Of a DNA stretch of 26,063 bases, positions 1 through 9,466 are shown piece by piece (position 1 is the first letter of the stretch; each line of letters begins with the position of its first letter). The translations under genes and the position numbers were made by a program. This DNA comes from a virus (lineage: Duplodnaviria; Caudoviricetes). Where the stretch lies: the IMG/VR virus record IMGVR_UViG_3300022697_000391, positions 1 to 26,063 of that record; one strand, 5' to 3'. The notes below the pieces were generated by a model that had not been told where the DNA came from, ran no database searches, and saw only the letters and a program-made list of their open reading frames with translations.

Positions 1-3000
1 GGCGGCGCAGGGGGCGGCGAAGGCGGGGGTACCGGGGGCAATGGGGGTAATGGCGGGGGTACCGGGGGTGGTGTTGGGGGCGCAGGGGGTGCTGGAGGTG
101 GGTTCGGAATCTCTGGCGGATCCGGCGGCGGCGAAGGTTGGTCAGGGCCAGGCGGGGTCGGAAAGCCTGGGATGTCGACGGGTACCGGGGCGTCCGTTGG
201 TGGCCCAGGGGGATCCAGAGGGACGGGGACACCGATGGGCAGCGGCAGGATACCTACCTGACTCGCCAACTCTCTGATGGCATCCACCAGAGGGTCGATC
301 GGTAGATCCACCTCAACCACCGGTTGCCAGCTACTTACCGATCCGTTGATCTGGGCGAGGAGGTCGATCTGCTGTTGCCCCAACTCTTCGAGGCTCGGCT
401 GCAAGTCGAGGAGGCCGGTCAGCTCGCTCTGCGTGTTTTCGATCAGATCTCGAAATGCCGCGCGGCTGCCACCCAGGGCGGATCCACCGAGGTCTTGCAG
501 CTCAAGGGCCAGCCGGGCTGCCTCTCGAATGGCGTCGGCGTCGCCAGTCTGCGCCAGGGCCAAGGCCTCGAGGTAACGGGCCTGCAAATCCTGGAACCGC
601 TCTTTGCTGCCCTGGGTAGGGTCGACCAGGCGCTCCAGCGCACTTTCGACGGAGTCGAGGGCGTTGGCCAGCTCTCGGGCTTCATCGCGGCGAGCCTGGA
701 GCTGGGCCTCGAGGCTCGCCTGGTAGGTACTCTCGGCGCTCGAGGGGCGGGAGAGTGCGTCCAGGGCGTTGGACTCAGCGTCGTTGATGATGCCGAAGAG
801 CTGCTCCAAGGTGAGGCCTTGGACGGCCAAAAACTCTTCGAACCCCGCAGTGGTGGCGGCCAAGGCCAGGTCAGCCCGGATCATGGCGTACTCCAGGGTG
901 AGGAGATTTTCAGCGAAACCGGGCAGCTCGCCGCCGGCAGAGTCGATCCGGCTGAGCAGCTCGCCGAAGAGGGATTCCGCGGCCGCGTTCTGCTCGGCCT
1001 CGAGCTGCTCTAGGGCAGCAGCGAGGTTTGTGGCGGACCCCTCGAGGGCCTGGTTCAGCGCGATCTCGTCGCGCCGCCATTCGCCGAACTGGGCCTGGGA
1101 GTCGAGCAGCTGCCGTTGCCAGTCGGATACGCCAGCGGCGAGGTCTGCAAATTCCTGGCGGGCCAGCCGGTGTTCCTCAGCGAGCGCCTCCACTTCGGCC
1201 CGCTGAATGCGCAAGATTTGGGTGAGTTCTTCTTGCGAAACCCCAAGCAGTTCCGCCTCTTCTCGCTCGGCCACCTGGGACTCGAGGAGAGTCCGGAGAG
1301 AGGTTCCCAGGTCAGTTTCCTGGAGCCGGACTCCGCGCTCTTTGACTTCCGCCACCAGCTCACCACGCCGGAGCGCCTCCTGAATTTCCTTCCATTCGGC
1401 GATCAGGACGCCTGCGACGTTGGCCTTGCGCAGTTCCTCGGCCTGGGCTTCGAGGTCCAGGCGCCACTCCCGGATGGTAAGAGCCACGTCGGATGCGCCG
1501 GAGAGACTGAGACGGAGGCCCTCCAGCTCTTGCCCAAAGTCCTCCCTGATCCTCTTTCGCCGTCCGCCGTCGCCGTGACCGCGGCGCCTTACCTCCTCTG
1601 CTGCGATGGGCGCCGGCAGCCCGGCGATGAGTGCACGGAGAGCAGCGATCCGGCCCTCTAACTCTGCGGCCTGGTCTGCTGTCAGGTTCGCCATATTGAG
1701 CACGCTGGAGCCGACCCGCTGGATCAGGTCCAACACGACCTGGGAGTTGTCGCCGATGTTCTGGGCGAAAAACGCCGTTGCGCGGTCTCCATCGCGCATC
1801 AGGCCGGCTCCAGCGGCCAGCTCCTCTCCGAGATCCGCAGAGAGATCTCCGAGCGCCAAGATGAATTCGCGAAACTGCTCTTCCGCGTCCCGGGTGTAGT
1901 CCGCAAGGGCAGAGTTGAAGGCCAGTCGCTCTCTCTCCAGGCGAGCTGCTTCATCCGGCGGCTCGCCGGTGATGCTTGACCGCAGGGACTCCCACTGGCG
2001 CGCGGAGTTGGCTCCGATCCTTGTGAAGGATTCCAACTCGAAGGCTCGGTCGGCGGCGAAGTCCGTCATCTCAGAAAGGGCTCGCTCGAAGTCTTCAGCG
2101 GAGCGCTGCGCGTCAGTGAAGTCGAGCTGGGCGATTTGCTGGGCCAGCGCAAGCTCTTGCTCCAAGACCGAGAGATTCTCCGTTTGGGTGTTGGCGAGAG
2201 TCTGCCGGACCTCGGAGGACAGGCCGTCAATGTTGGCCGAGCGCAGCGCCCGGGTTATGAAAAAATCAAAGGCCTCCTGCGCCGCAGATCCAAACTCTTG
2301 CTCCCAGCCGTTGACTAGCACCGAGTACTGGTTGCCATCTGTGACCCTCAACTCCAGGTCGAAGAGGCCCAGGTTGTTGACGGTGCCGCCGTACTGCCCC
2401 AGCAAGCCCTGGATCACGTTGGTGGCGGAGTCGGCCAAGTCGCTCATGGCGTCGAAGACGTCGGAACCGAATGTGGCGATGGCGCCTTGCATCTCGCCTT
2501 CGATGGTTTGCTTCAGCCGGATCGCGCCCTGGTTGGCCTGCTTCCATTTTTTCTTGTCTACATAGCTGTCCACCGCCTTGTACAGCTCGTAGTAGACGCT
2601 GAGCACTCCGCCTACGGCCCCCAGGGCTGACGCCGCCGAGGATAGGGAGTCGGCGGTGCCGGAGGCACCCCCGGCACCGCCCCCGGCACCACCGCCACCG
2701 TTGGCCTGAATGGTGGCGAGGCGCCTGAAATACTGAGCCAGGTTGTCCGCCTGGCCGAGCAAAAAATCGAAGAGAGTCTCGAACGAGATCTTTCCTTCTT
2801 GGGCAGCTCGCTGAAGGGCCCCGGCCAGGCCGTCTTGGAAACGCTCGGTGACGCCCCTGAAGGCGCCGTCGTATGCGGTCGTGTCGATGTTCTCGGGCTC
2901 TTCTTCCAGAACAGGAGCCCCTCGCCCTGCGTCTTCTTCCGGATCCCCGCTGAGGTCGATCACCTGCGGCTCCGGCACGTCGAAGATCTCGATGCCCTTG

Positions 3001-5177
3001 AGTCTCTCGAGTTCGTCTTTCAGCTGCTGGAGTCGGTCGGACACTCGGTCGAAGGCTGCCACTGCCTCCGTGTCGTCGAGGTCGATACCGAGGGCCTCGA
3101 GGCCCCTGAGACGGTCCTCAAGTTTGTCGATTTCTGCGATCGAGGCCCCGGAAATCGCCAGATCCACCTGTTGCTCGAGGATTCGTATTTCAGCAGCTGC
3201 GTCCTCCTCGAAGAGGCGGATCTTGGACACCTTCTTGACCGCGGCCTGGAGATCTTCGACCGTCCCCACTACCTCTCGCACTCGCTGCGCTGCCTTACCC
3301 TCGCTGTCCAGGTCGATGCCCAGGGATCTGAGTTTTTCCAGCTCCTTGCTCAGGAGGGCCACCTGACGAGTGGAGGCTCCGTCCTTGGCGGCGGCGAGCA
3401 AGCGCTCCAGCAGCTCCACCTGCGCTTCGGCACCGTCCTCCCACAGCTGGATCTTGGAGACGGATTTGATCCGGGCATCGAGAGCAGTGATCTGGTTGAG
3501 GATGCGGTCGAGATCGCCGCTCGTGTCGCCGGCTGCGAGGCTCTTCTTGGCCTCTTTCTTGAGGTCGGCGAGCCGGCGCTGCAAGTTGGCCAGGCCGCTG
3601 TCGGCCGACCCGGCGAAGGGGTCAAATTCGATGCCGGCGAGCCGGCTGGCCAGCTCCGCAACCGAACCAGTCAAGTCGTCTAACGGCCCACTGCTATCTG
3701 CGGCGATGCCGGTAAGCCGCTGGAGGTCTCCGCCGGTTTGCGCGGCAGCCCCCGCGAAGAGGGCCAAGGCCTCGCGTTGGTTGTCGATGGAGTACTTGCT
3801 GTTGTCAAGGGCCTTTTCCAAGGCATTGAGTTCGCGCTCGAGTTCGACCACCGCGCTCTGGCTGATGCCCTTCTTGGTGATGTCGGTGGCCTGCTTCGCG
3901 ACATCTGTCTTGGCCCTCGAAAGCCGCCGCTCCTGGAATTCGATCGCGTCCTGCAGGCGATTCTGCTCGGCGATCAGCTCCTGCAATCGTTTGCCTTCCT
4001 CAGATGCCTGGCCCCCGGGGGTCAGGCCTTCGAACTGCTTGTTTCGGCGCGCGATCGCCGCGGCGTTCGCGTCCCAAACTGCCGTCTGCTTCTCGATAAA
4101 TCGAGTGAGTTCTGCCTCTTCCTTGCCCACGCTGGTAAGCGCCCGTACAGCGTCGCTCGCGAGATCCACCAACCCTTTGAGCGCATCCCCGACGCCGGAC
4201 CGGAAGACCTGCCCTCCCAGCTGGCCCAGCAAATCCGAGAATGTCGACCACTTGCCCGTGAGGGTTTCGGCCTGAGATTCGAGAGATCCGGAAAAATTGG
4301 TGCGGGAGATCTCGAGGAGGGCGTCCACCACCAGCCCGCCAAGCACGTCCGCGGTACCCTGGATTGTCTTCGTCACCCCCGCATAGGTGAGTGACACCTG
4401 GTCGCCCTCTTTGCGGGCTCGGATTCCGAATTCCTTCAGGCGCTCGAACTCGAGGCTCTGAGCGTCGAGGAGCGCTTCCACCGTCTGGCTGAGGCTCTTC
4501 CGGTTACCGGCGGCGAGATCGCCAATCTCGAGTAGTTTTTTTTCGGTGGGCTCGAGGCCGCGGGTCTGGAGGGCAATCCAGGCGCTGGTGATGTCTTCGA
4601 CCTGGAGTGGCGTGCCCGCCGACAGCTCGCGTATCCGTTCGATCGTCTCGACAGCGGCCTCCTGGGACCTGAGCGTGATGGTCAGTTGCCGCTCGAGCTG
4701 CTCTTCGAGATTGCCGGGCTGCACCACAAAGGCGCCGATTACCGCGACGACAGCCAGGGCAGCAGCAGCCTTGCCTTTGAGTTTTCCCAAGCTTTCGCCG
4801 AAACCGCTGGCGCCCTTGGTGGCCTTCTTGTAGTTCTTTTCGGCTTCCCCCAGGAGCCTGACGTGCTCCTTTTCCGTCGTGATCCCTTGCTTCAGAGCCT
4901 TGTCTAGGCTGCGGACGGCCCGCCGGTACTCGTCGGCCGCCCGCTCGTTTTTGTCGAGCTGCCCGGCGGTGCGCCGGAAGGCCCTGAGTGCCCGCTTCTG
5001 GTCGCGGTTCAGTTTTTCGCCACTCTTCGCGATGGCCCGCTCCATGTCTGCGAGCTTTTGAGCGGACTTCTCCCCCTCCTGGCCCATCGCGAAGAGCTGG
5101 CGCTGAGTTTCCTTCAGGCCGCTTTCGGCTTGGTCGCCCTCATACTCCGCCCGCACCTTGTAGGTGATCGTGGTCAC
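1..5177 (-). CDS. Tail tape measure protein (3'-truncated, >1,720 aa)
   Basis: GTG at 5177 after AGGAG. Segments I translated by hand are stop-free, and the ORF track lists no closed ORF in this frame, consistent with it running off the window. Contains tape-measure-like text (TPLQVEDITSAWIALQTRGLEPT...EFERLKEFGIRARKEGDQVSLTY...SQAETLTGKWSTFSD) and Ala/Glu/Leu-rich helical composition, and sits directly after the tail chaperones. Confidence 0.92.
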   Translation of the reverse strand, partial: MTTITYKVRAEYEGDQAESGLKETQRQLFAMGQEGEKSAQKLADMERAIAKSGEKLNRDQKRALRAFRRTAGQLDKNERAADEYRRAVRSLDKALKQGITTEKEHVRLLGEAEKNYKKATKGASGFGESLGKLKGKAAAALAVVAVIGAFVVQPGNLEEQLERQLTITLRSQEAAVETIERIRELSAGTPLQVEDITSAWIALQTRGLEPTEKKLLEIGDLAAGNRKSLSQTVEALLDAQSLEFERLKEFGIRARKEGDQVSLTYAGVTKTIQGTADVLGGLVVDALLEISRTNFSGSLESQAETLTGKWSTFSDLLGQLGGQVFRSGVGDALKGLVDLASDAVRALTSVGKEEAELTRFIEKQTAVWDANAAAIARRNKQFEGLTPGGQASEEGKRLQELIAEQNRLQDAIEFQERRLSRAKTDVAKQATDITKKGISQSAVVELERELNALEKALDNSKYSIDNQREALALFAGAAAQTGGDLQRLTGIAADSSGPLDDLTGSVAELASRLAGIEFDPFAGSADSGLANLQRRLADLKKEAKKSLAAGDTSGDLDRILNQITALDARIKSVSKIQLWEDGAEAQVELLERLLAAAKDGASTRQVALLSKELEKLRSLGIDLDSEGKAAQRVREVVGTVEDLQAAVKKVSKIRLFEEDAAAEIRILEQQVDLAISGASIAEIDKLEDRLRGLEALGIDLDDTEAVAAFDRVSDRLQQLKDELERLKGIEIFDVPEPQVIDLSGDPEEDAGRGAPVLEEEPENIDTTAYDGAFRGVTERFQDGLAGALQRAAQEGKISFETLFDFLLGQADNLAQYFRRLATIQANGGGGAGGGAGGASGTADSLSSAASALGAVGGVLSVYYELYKAVDSYVDKKKWKQANQGAIRLKQTIEGEMQGAIATFGSDVFDAMSDLADSATNVIQGLLGQYGGTVNNLGLFDLELRVTDGNQYSVLVNGWEQEFGSAAQEAFDFFITRALRSANIDGLSSEVRQTLANTQTENLSVLEQELALAQQIAQLDFTDAQRSAEDFERALSEMTDFAADRAFELESFTRIGANSARQWESLRSSITGEPPDEAARLERERLAFNSALADYTRDAEEQFREFILALGDLSADLGEELAAGAGLMRDGDRATAFFAQNIGDNSQVVLDLIQRVGSSVLNMANLTADQAAELEGRIAALRALIAGLPAPIAAEEVRRRGHGDGGRRKRIREDFGQELEGLRLSLSGASDVALTIREWRLDLEAQAEELRKANVAGVLIAEWKEIQEALRRGELVAEVKERGVRLQETDLGTSLRTLLESQVAEREEAELLGVSQEELTQILRIQRAEVEALAEEHRLARQEFADLAAGVSDWQRQLLDSQAQFGEWRRDEIALNQALEGSATNLAAALEQLEAEQNAAAESLFGELLSRIDSAGGELPGFAENLLTLEYAMIRADLALAATTAGFEEFLAVQGLTLEQLFGIINDAESNALDALSRPSSAESTYQASLEAQLQARRDEARELANALDSVESALERLVDPTQGSKERFQDLQARYLEALALAQTGDADAIREAARLALELQDLGGSALGGSRAAFRDLIENTQSELTGLLDLQPSLEELGQQQIDLLAQINGSVSSWQPVVEVDLPIDPLVDAIRELASQVGILPLPIGVPVPLDPPGPPTDAPVPVDIPGFPTPPGPDQPSPPPDPPEIPNPPPAPPAPPTPPPVPPPLPPLPPVPPPSPPPAP

Positions 5178-5183
5178 AGAATC

Positions 5184-5634
5184 TCAACTCCTGGGGGCGT
5201 TGGCGTGGGCGCGCCACATCTCGTCAGCTTCCTCGATCAGTGCACCCACCATGTCCCGGTAGGGTCCACGCGCGATATTTTGCAAGTCGAGCCAGCGGTC
5301 CATCACGGTCGGGGAGAGCGGGGGGAACCAGACTCCACCAAATCCCAGACTCGGATGGCGGTGCTTGGCGATCCACGACCATCCGGTGAGGATCGCCGTC
5401 GTGAACTCGTCGGGAGCCTCGTACTCCTCAAGTTCCGATGGCAAGCGTTGCTCAAGCAGAATCCGAGCCCGCTCGAGAGCTTCGGAGCGGGCAGGCTCGG
5501 GACACCGAGCAGCGGCGACTACTTGCTCCTGGTGCGCCTCGTGGGCTTCGGCGGCTCGCCGCTGGATCCGTCCGAACTTTGACCCATAGCGGAGTCGCCA
5601 TTCTTGACATCGGCGGATCCTTTCGCTTTTTTTT
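5184..5634 (-). CDS. Tail assembly chaperone, frameshifted C-terminal part (gpT-like portion of G-T fusion)
   Basis: The -1 frame is open from the A8 run (5627-5634) to the stop at 5184: KSERIRRCQEWRLRYG...LPSELEEYEAPDEFTTAILTGWSWIAKHRHPSLGFGG...LIEEADEMW. It lies between the chaperone and the tape measure gene. Confidence 0.8.
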
Positions 5635-6058
5635 CGCGGTCCTCGCGTTCCTGGCTCAGCCGCATTCTCAGGCGAGGGCCGTTGAGCATGCTGAAGTTGC
5701 GAACCGTGGCGAAGAGCCAGTCGATCGACAGTAGTGTATTGGCGGAGGAGAAGTTGAAGAGGCCCTCACTATCCAGGACTGGAAGACCAAAATCCTCTTC
5801 GTCCCAGCCGACGAGCACTACGCCGGGGCATGCCTTCCGGCGGATGTACGCTTCGTCGTTGCTCGAAAGCTGGTAGTCGGGCAGCTGCTTTTTCTTTTCT
5901 GAGAGATGCTCTTGGACAAGCATTTCCACCTTGAGCCAGTACTCCGTGTTGCCATCTGTCGGCCGGACGTAGAGGGTCCCCTCTTCTCCTTCCGGGCTGG
6001 TGACGGTGATTGGGTAGCCTTGTGCCTGGTTTGCGAGAGCCTCTTTGACATCGATCAC
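5519..6058 (-). CDS. Tail assembly chaperone (gpG-like)
   Basis: 179-aa ORF after the tail tube gene with GGAG RBS, a 'LVGWD' motif and a slippery run near its 3' end. Confidence 0.8.
   Translation of the reverse strand: MIDVKEALANQAQGYPITVTSPEGEEGTLYVRPTDGNTEYWLKVEMLVQEHLSEKKKQLPDYQLSSNDEAYIRRKACPGVVLVGWDEEDFGLPVLDSEGLFNFSSANTLLSIDWLFATVRNFSMLNGPRLRMRLSQEREDREKKAKGSADVKNGDSAMGQSSDGSSGEPPKPTRRTRSK
5627..5634 (-). promoter_or_regulatory. Programmed -1 ribosomal frameshift slippery site (GAA AAA AAA)
   Basis: In-frame A-AAA-AAA heptamer; a -1 shift joins the ORF ending at 5184. Confidence 0.75.
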
Positions 6059-6097
6059 GTTTGTCTCCCATGCAGGGGCGGTGTTTTGGTGTGGCCC

Positions 6098-7333
6098 CTA
6101 CGGGGCCCCGAAGAACCCGAGGTAGAGGGCCGTGAAGAGCGAGGTCTCTTCAGCATGGCCGTTGTAGGTGATGGTGCACTCGTCGGCGCCGGTTTCTTTC
6201 GGTCCGTTGTCGGTGTAGGACTGAGGCGAAAGGACCGGAAGGTAGAGGTAAAACCGTTGGCCGTTGCCGTCAACACCGCCGAATCCGAAGTCCACGAATT
6301 CCTGCCCCTCCCCCTCGGCGTCGACGCGAAGCGTTTCCCAGGCCGTGTCGGTCGCCTCGTGGGCGACGTCGAAGGTGACCGACAAAGAGACCGTGGCGGT
6401 GCCATCAAGGGTCTGCCCCAAGGGTTCGTTGTTGCCGGCCGCGCCAAGCCTCAGGGTCGGAGATTGCATCGTGACCTGGATGCCTTTGACGTGGAGATCT
6501 TCCAGGACGTCGCCGTTGTACCGAATCCCGAATCCGCTTGCAGGCCGCGCCAGCTCCCGGAAGCCCGACCCGCTGGAGAAAGGGGTGATCTCCGTGGCCG
6601 CGGTGGTCGAGTTGGTGAGGGGGGAGACGATTTTGGACACGCCACCAATCGGAGTCACCCCGAAAGTTTGTTGGAGAGCCGATGGATTGTCGCCGTACGT
6701 CAATTGGAAACCCCAGGAGTTGATGAAGCACCCCTTTGCCACGGCACCTTTTTCGCTCCTCGGGTTCCACTTCTCGTAGGTAAAAGTGCGATCCTCCTCG
6801 CCAATACGAAATCCCGCGGCGTCGTAGACGTGGATGGGCGTGCCGGGCAGCTCGCTGGGCAGGGTGACAAACCTTGGATCCACGGCGGCGTCATTGCCCG
6901 AGACAGACAGGATCGGCGCGAGGAAGAAGTTGTTGAAGCTAGCTCCCGAAACAACCGCCATCTCGCCGGCCTCGAGAGCACCCCAGCCCGCGGAGTTGCG
7001 AAGGATATTCCCGGCGGGCACCAACTCGATAGTGCTGCTGGCTCCGTCGTCGTAGGCCAAGGGTGCCGCGCCGAACGCGCCGCCGAGGAGCGTACCCTTG
7101 CCGCCGTGCAGGAAGTCGAAGTTGGTGGTTGAGCTGGCGCTGGCGCTGGCGCCACCGCGAATCGGTCGAGATGGTTGCCGGGTTTTGGACACATGTGACG
7201 TGCCCGTACCGACACCCAGGGTGGTCGAGAAATCGAGGCCCGGAAGAGCGACCTCTTCCATGCTCCCGGCGGGAGTCGTCCCAAGGGTGGTCTCTTGGAT
7301 GATTCGCTGCTGGATGCTCTTGCTCGTTGCCAT
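6098..7333 (-). CDS. Major tail tube protein
   Basis: 411 aa, N-terminal 'IQETTLGTTP' tube-like motif, Thr/Gly/Ser-rich beta composition, positioned between tail terminator and chaperones. Confidence 0.8.
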   Translation of the reverse strand: MATSKSIQQRIIQETTLGTTPAGSMEEVALPGLDFSTTLGVGTGTSHVSKTRQPSRPIRGGASASASSTTNFDFLHGGKGTLLGGAFGAAPLAYDDGASSTIELVPAGNILRNSAGWGALEAGEMAVVSGASFNNFFLAPILSVSGNDAAVDPRFVTLPSELPGTPIHVYDAAGFRIGEEDRTFTYEKWNPRSEKGAVAKGCFINSWGFQLTYGDNPSALQQTFGVTPIGGVSKIVSPLTNSTTAATEITPFSSGSGFRELARPASGFGIRYNGDVLEDLHVKGIQVTMQSPTLRLGAAGNNEPLGQTLDGTATVSLSVTFDVAHEATDTAWETLRVDAEGEGQEFVDFGFGGVDGNGQRFYLYLPVLSPQSYTDNGPKETGADECTITYNGHAEETSLFTALYLGFFGAP

Positions 7334-7334
7334 C

Positions 7335-7733
7335 TCAGTCTCCGTAAGTTGTCAGGACGTAAAAAAACAGAACGACGGTCCGCCTGGCGAAACGGACTTC
7401 TTTCGCGGACGGGTCCAAAAGCTGGTCTCCGTTGAAGTGGATGTCGCCAAAAGAGCGGCCGCGGCAATGGTCGGTAACGGCCTTGTAGACCGTGTCGAGC
7501 AGCGCCCTCCGGCTCTTTGGTACTTGGATATCGAGGCCACATCGGCTGTCGTGCTCAGTGCTCACAGAGAGGCTCGAGCGCGTCCGGATTTCCTCAGGCT
7601 CCATGCGAAACCACAGCTGCACACCGCCCTCGTCTGGCAGCTTGTCCGCCTCCAAATAGACATCGAGGCCAGCGGCCGAGATCAACGGCGAGAGCTGCGC
7701 CCGGATGGCACCTTCGACCTCGACTTGATTCAC
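7335..7733 (-). CDS. Putative tail terminator/completion protein
   Basis: GTG at 7733 overlaps the upstream stop (GTGA); 132 aa; called from synteny immediately before the tube gene. Confidence 0.6.
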   Translation of the reverse strand: MNQVEVEGAIRAQLSPLISAAGLDVYLEADKLPDEGGVQLWFRMEPEEIRTRSSLSVSTEHDSRCGLDIQVPKSRRALLDTVYKAVTDHCRGRSFGDIHFNGDQLLDPSAKEVRFARRTVVLFFYVLTTYGD

Positions 7734-8134
7734 GCTACCCCCCCCCGCGCTTTCCGCGCAGTGCTCTTGAGCTGATTCTCGACCCATCCAGGCTTCATTT
7801 TTTTCGAGCTGCCAGAGGCCAAGCGCACCATGGCGGGGTGATTCGAGGCGAAGCCCATCGCCCTATCGAGGCGCCAGGAGGAGAAGATCGCGGCGGCCTC
7901 TTCGCGGGTTTGGGGCTCGTGCACACCCTCGCTCCGGCGGCTGACCTCTCCAGACCCGTCCACGTAGGCCGACCAACTCCCTGCGGTCTCTCCAGTCACA
8001 CGGTAGTTGGCGGCGACCACCGCCGCCGTCGCATCCGCCATGAGTGTCCTGGCGTCTTCCTCGATCGCCTCGGTGAGGGCGTCGCCTACCGATCGAGCGA
8101 CCGCCGGCATATTGTCCAGCGTCCCGGTGATCAC
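7730..8134 (-). CDS. HK97 gp10-like neck/tail-completion protein
   Basis: GTGA-coupled start; motifs 'VTGETAGSW' and 'GSSKKMKPGWVE' resemble the gp10-like pattern; synteny. Confidence 0.6.
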   Translation of the reverse strand: MITGTLDNMPAVARSVGDALTEAIEEDARTLMADATAAVVAANYRVTGETAGSWSAYVDGSGEVSRRSEGVHEPQTREEAAAIFSSWRLDRAMGFASNHPAMVRLASGSSKKMKPGWVENQLKSTARKARGGVA

Positions 8135-8478
8135 CCGCGTACCTCCAGCACCACCGCGCCAGGCGGACGTTGTACTCGGACCACCTCGAGGCCATGGATG
8201 CTCAGCTCTTCGGGAAGCCAAGCCGGATCTGGAGCGGCGAAGAGGATGCGATCCTCAGCAGCCGGCAAGACGCCTGCCGGGAGGTGGTTGAGGGATATCC
8301 GGACGGTCTTTTGTGCACCAGCGTTGGGGGCCGCGGCAAGTTCTTCCGCGGTCAGCTCGTGGACTCGTGCTTGGAGGGGAACGGCAACCGGGGGAGATCC
8401 TGTGACGAGGTGGACCTCCTGGCCGACGAGGTCGGACAAGTACTCGGCACCACCTGCCATAAGGCTCGTAACGCTCAC
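8131..8478 (-). CDS. Putative head-closure (stopper) protein
   Basis: GTGA-coupled start at 8478; 115 aa; lies between the adaptor and gp10-like genes. Confidence 0.55.
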   Translation of the reverse strand: MSVTSLMAGGAEYLSDLVGQEVHLVTGSPPVAVPLQARVHELTAEELAAAPNAGAQKTVRISLNHLPAGVLPAAEDRILFAAPDPAWLPEELSIHGLEVVRVQRPPGAVVLEVRG

Positions 8479-9272
8479 CGATATCTCCCCAAGATTGCCT
8501 CGACCGCTCTCGAGAAGGACGCTTGTTGGACCCGGCCGAACGATAGGTTGGAAAAGGAAATCGAGCTGCTGGCGTCTCCAATGCGGGCTACGTGGGGAGG
8601 CACGTCGTGCTGACCGGTGAGCAGCTGCTTGGCATGCAGCACGGCGGCGGCCCGGAGATCTAGAGGCACGGTCTCGGCGGGGAGCGATCGCCACAGGACA
8701 TCGCCGTCCTGCACTTCCTCGCCAGCCAAAGGCCAGGTGGGCTCAACGGTACCCTTCGAGCCACCGGTGGCGGCCTCGAACAGGCTCCCGTTCACCTCGG
8801 TCCACGAGCCAGCTTCTACCGTTTGGAGGGCCGCCCAGGAGTACACTTGATCCGGCACCACCCACCCAGCTCGGTAGGTCACTTGGATATCAAGTTCTCG
8901 ATCTCCAGTGCCCGGGCTGGCACCAGGGAGGCTGCGGGACTTCGGCCAGCCCCCCGCGAGATAGAGGGTGTCTCGCCGCTCTCCCACCACCTGAGAGGCA
9001 GCCTCCGCTTGGCCTCGAACCAACACCTCCAACACCTCCAACACCGGCCATCTTCTAAGATCAAGCTGGACTCCGCCGCGGCCGTGAAGGATTTCCGTGT
9101 GCTTCTGGATCCACGGGGGACGGCCCAAGCCATCGGAACTGGCGAAGGCGAGGGAGGTCTCCTTCAGGCGGCGCCACACATCTTTCTCAGCGGGAATGAG
9201 AGGAAGCATCTGGGACTGCATGAAGGCCATTGACACCAGAGCGGGCGCAGGGGTGGGAGAGGTGATAAGCAT
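8475..9272 (-). CDS. Head-tail adaptor (gp6-like) with inserted small beta domain
   Basis: TGATG coupling at 9272; motifs 'LRRWPVLEV', 'IQVTYRAGW', 'VPLDLRAAAV', 'VEAILGRYR' are typical of gp6-like connectors. Confidence 0.75.
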   Translation of the reverse strand: MLITSPTPAPALVSMAFMQSQMLPLIPAEKDVWRRLKETSLAFASSDGLGRPPWIQKHTEILHGRGGVQLDLRRWPVLEVLEVLVRGQAEAASQVVGERRDTLYLAGGWPKSRSLPGASPGTGDRELDIQVTYRAGWVVPDQVYSWAALQTVEAGSWTEVNGSLFEAATGGSKGTVEPTWPLAGEEVQDGDVLWRSLPAETVPLDLRAAAVLHAKQLLTGQHDVPPHVARIGDASSSISFSNLSFGRVQQASFSRAVEAILGRYR

Positions 9273-9466
9273 CAGTCGGTGGATTTTTCCTCGGGCTTCT
9301 TGGGAGTGGCCTTTTCCTGGACAATTCGCCCTGCGGCCTTCTCGGCCGCGACCCATCTACCGAGCGGGCTCTCTTTTCTGGCTTTGAGGTAGTGGTCTGA
9401 GACGACGGCGCCCTCTGCGAAAACCGTGCCGGGGCCCAAGAGACGGGCGGTTGTGACCCAGCTCAT
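9272..9466 (-). CDS. Small hypothetical virion-module protein (64 aa)
   Basis: Coupled by ATGA and TGATG overlaps on both sides; Lys-rich tail; common position after capsid genes. Confidence 0.65.
   Translation of the reverse strand: MSWVTTARLLGPGTVFAEGAVVSDHYLKARKESPLGRWVAAEKAAGRIVQEKATPKKPEEKSTD

Noticed and set aside
1-261. Plus-strand Gly-rich frame resembling PE-PGRS (GGNGGNGGG...)
   Set aside because: It is the antisense mirror of the Pro-rich tract in the continuous tape-measure frame; cannot be fully excluded without upstream sequence.
277-5061. Many plus-strand ORFs of 60-300 aa
   Set aside because: Antisense shadows of the high-GC tape measure gene with no recognisable motifs.
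5906-7132. 408-aa plus-strand ORF
   Set aside because: Antisense to the tail tube and chaperone genes; no motif; expected from GC-biased codon usage.
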